Origin: a bacterium
GTDB lineage: Bacteria; Patescibacteriota; Minisyncoccia; Phycocordibacterales; Phycocordibacteraceae
Assembly: GCA_021849125.1 (NCBI GenBank)
Contig: JAJZTG010000004.1
Location: 1,025-65,024, forward strand
DNA length: 64,000 nt
Direction of reading: 5' to 3'
The position numbers and the translations under genes were made by a program. Numbering within the stretch: the stretch's first letter is position 1; the number at the start of each line of letters is the position of its first letter. Shown here one piece after another: positions 62,569 through 64,000 of the stretch. The notes under the pieces were generated by a model. That model saw only the letters and a program-made list of their open reading frames with translations, had not been told where the DNA came from and did no database searches.

Positions 62569-62937
62569 ATGAAAATCCTAGTCATCGAAGACGATACGTT
62601 CCTCTCTTCCCTTATCTCAAGCGAACTTCAGGGTGCCGGATACGAGGTGCTCGCCGCTCATGACGGTACTCAAGGTCTCGAGATGGCGAAAGAAAAGCCT
62701 GATCTCATCATGCTTGATCTCGTGATGCCTGGTATGGATGGCTTTGAGACCCTCGCTGCCCTTAAGGCCGATCCGGCGACTGCAAGCATCCCGGTCGTCG
62801 TCGCAAGCAATCTCGGCGAAGCTGAGGAAATCAAGCGTGCCAAAGATGCCGGTGCGATAGATTTCCTCGTGAAGGTACACTTTACGCCGGCTGAGATCAT
62901 CGCGAAGATCCGTTCGCTCCTCCCCGGGGTGCACTAG
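62569..62937 (+). CDS. Single-domain response regulator
   Basis: IEDD, LDLVMPGMDG, ASN, FLVK. Confidence 0.92.
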   Translation: MKILVIEDDTFLSSLISSELQGAGYEVLAAHDGTQGLEMAKEKPDLIMLDLVMPGMDGFETLAALKADPATASIPVVVASNLGEAEEIKRAKDAGAIDFLVKVHFTPAEIIAKIRSLLPGVH

Positions 62938-62944
62938 CGCACGA

Positions 62945-62984
62945 AAAAGAAACCGCCGGCATTTATGCCGGCGGTTTCTTTTTC
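62945..62984. terminator. Bidirectional terminator
   Basis: aaaaagaaaccgccggcat-tt-atgccggcggtttcttttt. Confidence 0.8.
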
Positions 62985-62995
62985 TGAAGAAGAGA

Positions 62996-63232
62996 TTACA
63001 TCCCCGAAGGGTTTGCGGAACATTCGCGGCAGGCTGCCTTGTGCGTAAACATGCACGAGAGCGCAGCGAGACCGACGAGCACGTAGACGAGATTCTCGAC
63101 CGTCGGCCAGGAGCCGAGGATGAGATTCACGACATTCCAATTGCTGCCCATGAACGAGCCGAGCCCGACGAGACCCCAATTGAGGCCGCCGATGACGAGG
63201 AGCAGGACTGAGAGACGGTGCGTTGATTTCAT
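62996..63232 (-). CDS. DUF378 membrane protein
   Basis: LLVIGGLNWGLVG...VYVLVGLAA. Confidence 0.85.
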   Translation of the reverse strand: MKSTHRLSVLLLVIGGLNWGLVGLGSFMGSNWNVVNLILGSWPTVENLVYVLVGLAALSCMFTHKAACRECSANPSGM

Positions 63233-63358
63233 GCTGGAGGAATGGGTTTTGGTTAGCGCGGGGTGTCCCGCTCCTTTAAGTATGCCCTTCTTTTGCACCT
63301 TCTCGTGTCCCCCTGTGCAAAACTCGATAGAGGATAGCTCGGGTATACTGGAAATATC

Positions 63359-64000
63359 GTGCTTTCTACTTCCTCCCTCTTCTCAGCCTTCGCGCCTCTT
63401 TTCGCGCCTCTTCTTGTCGTTTTGCTGTGGCTTCTTATGCGACCACGACGTTTCTATTTCGTCCGTCATGGCGAGACCTTGTTGAACGCGCAGCGCATCC
63501 GACAAGGCGAAGAAGGATTGCTTTCTCCGAAAGGCCGCGCTCAAGCCGAAAAAGTCGGCCTGTATCTGAAGCGCTTCCCTATCGAACGGATCATCACGAG
63601 CACCTACCCGCGCGCTGGAGAAACCGCAGCGATCCTTGCGACCGAACTCAAGGTTCCCGTTCTCGCTTCGAAGCTCTTTGCCGAACGAAAGAACCCTTCA
63701 GAGATCATCGGTAAGAGTACGCGCGATCCTGAAGTGATTCGTATCGTCGACCAGATGGACCTCGCCTATCACGCTGATGACTACCGCTTCTCTGACGAAG
63801 AGAGTTTTCTCGACATCAAGATGCGTGCGAAAAAGGCACTCGCTCTCCTCTCCCGCCAAGGTGCGCGTAATACCGTGATCGTGACGCATCACCATTTCCT
63901 CAAGATGCTCCTCGCCTATATGCTCTACCGAGAAAATATTCACGCCGGCGACTTCGTGAAGCTCTCTTTCTTCAATATTTCCGATAATGCCGGCATCACC
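63359..64000 (+). CDS. Histidine phosphatase family protein (3' truncated; not in ORF track)
   Basis: FVRHGET, STYPRAGET, IVTHH; start GTG 63359 or ATG 63437. Confidence 0.85.
   Translation, partial: MLSTSSLFSAFAPLFAPLLVVLLWLLMRPRRFYFVRHGETLLNAQRIRQGEEGLLSPKGRAQAEKVGLYLKRFPIERIITSTYPRAGETAAILATELKVPVLASKLFAERKNPSEIIGKSTRDPEVIRIVDQMDLAYHADDYRFSDEESFLDIKMRAKKALALLSRQGARNTVIVTHHHFLKMLLAYMLYRENIHAGDFVKLSFFNISDNAGIT

Overview
Bacterial chromosomal window with a gene set typical of Patescibacteria/CPR, probably Parcubacteria (inferred from gene content only). Housekeeping genes include pyrG, ftsEX, a short prfB, gatAC, ligA, a full type IV pilus/competence cluster with comF, a CsoR-regulated copper efflux locus and six tRNAs. 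Main points of interest: (1) A ~16 kb island at the 3' end of tRNA-fMet, next to a large serine recombinase. Four copies of a composite att-like repeat with exactly conserved CGGTA-box spacing separate single-gene cassettes, like an integron-style tandem array. (2) Inside the island, a four-gene candidate defence operon (small ORF, SF1 helicase-nuclease, DUF2779, TerB-N) followed by a pseudoknot-like RNA. (3) An acyl-CoA-ligase + nitroreductase + ThiF + 7TM histidine kinase operon that looks like a small-molecule signal synthase with its own receptor. (4) Structured non-coding elements flanked by duplicated tRNA 5' or 3' ends. (5) A 16-bp palindromic element inserted in frame in enolase, within a glycerate-to-pyruvate operon. 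(6) A widespread leaderless promoter layout. All product calls come from motif recognition by eye; no database searches were run.
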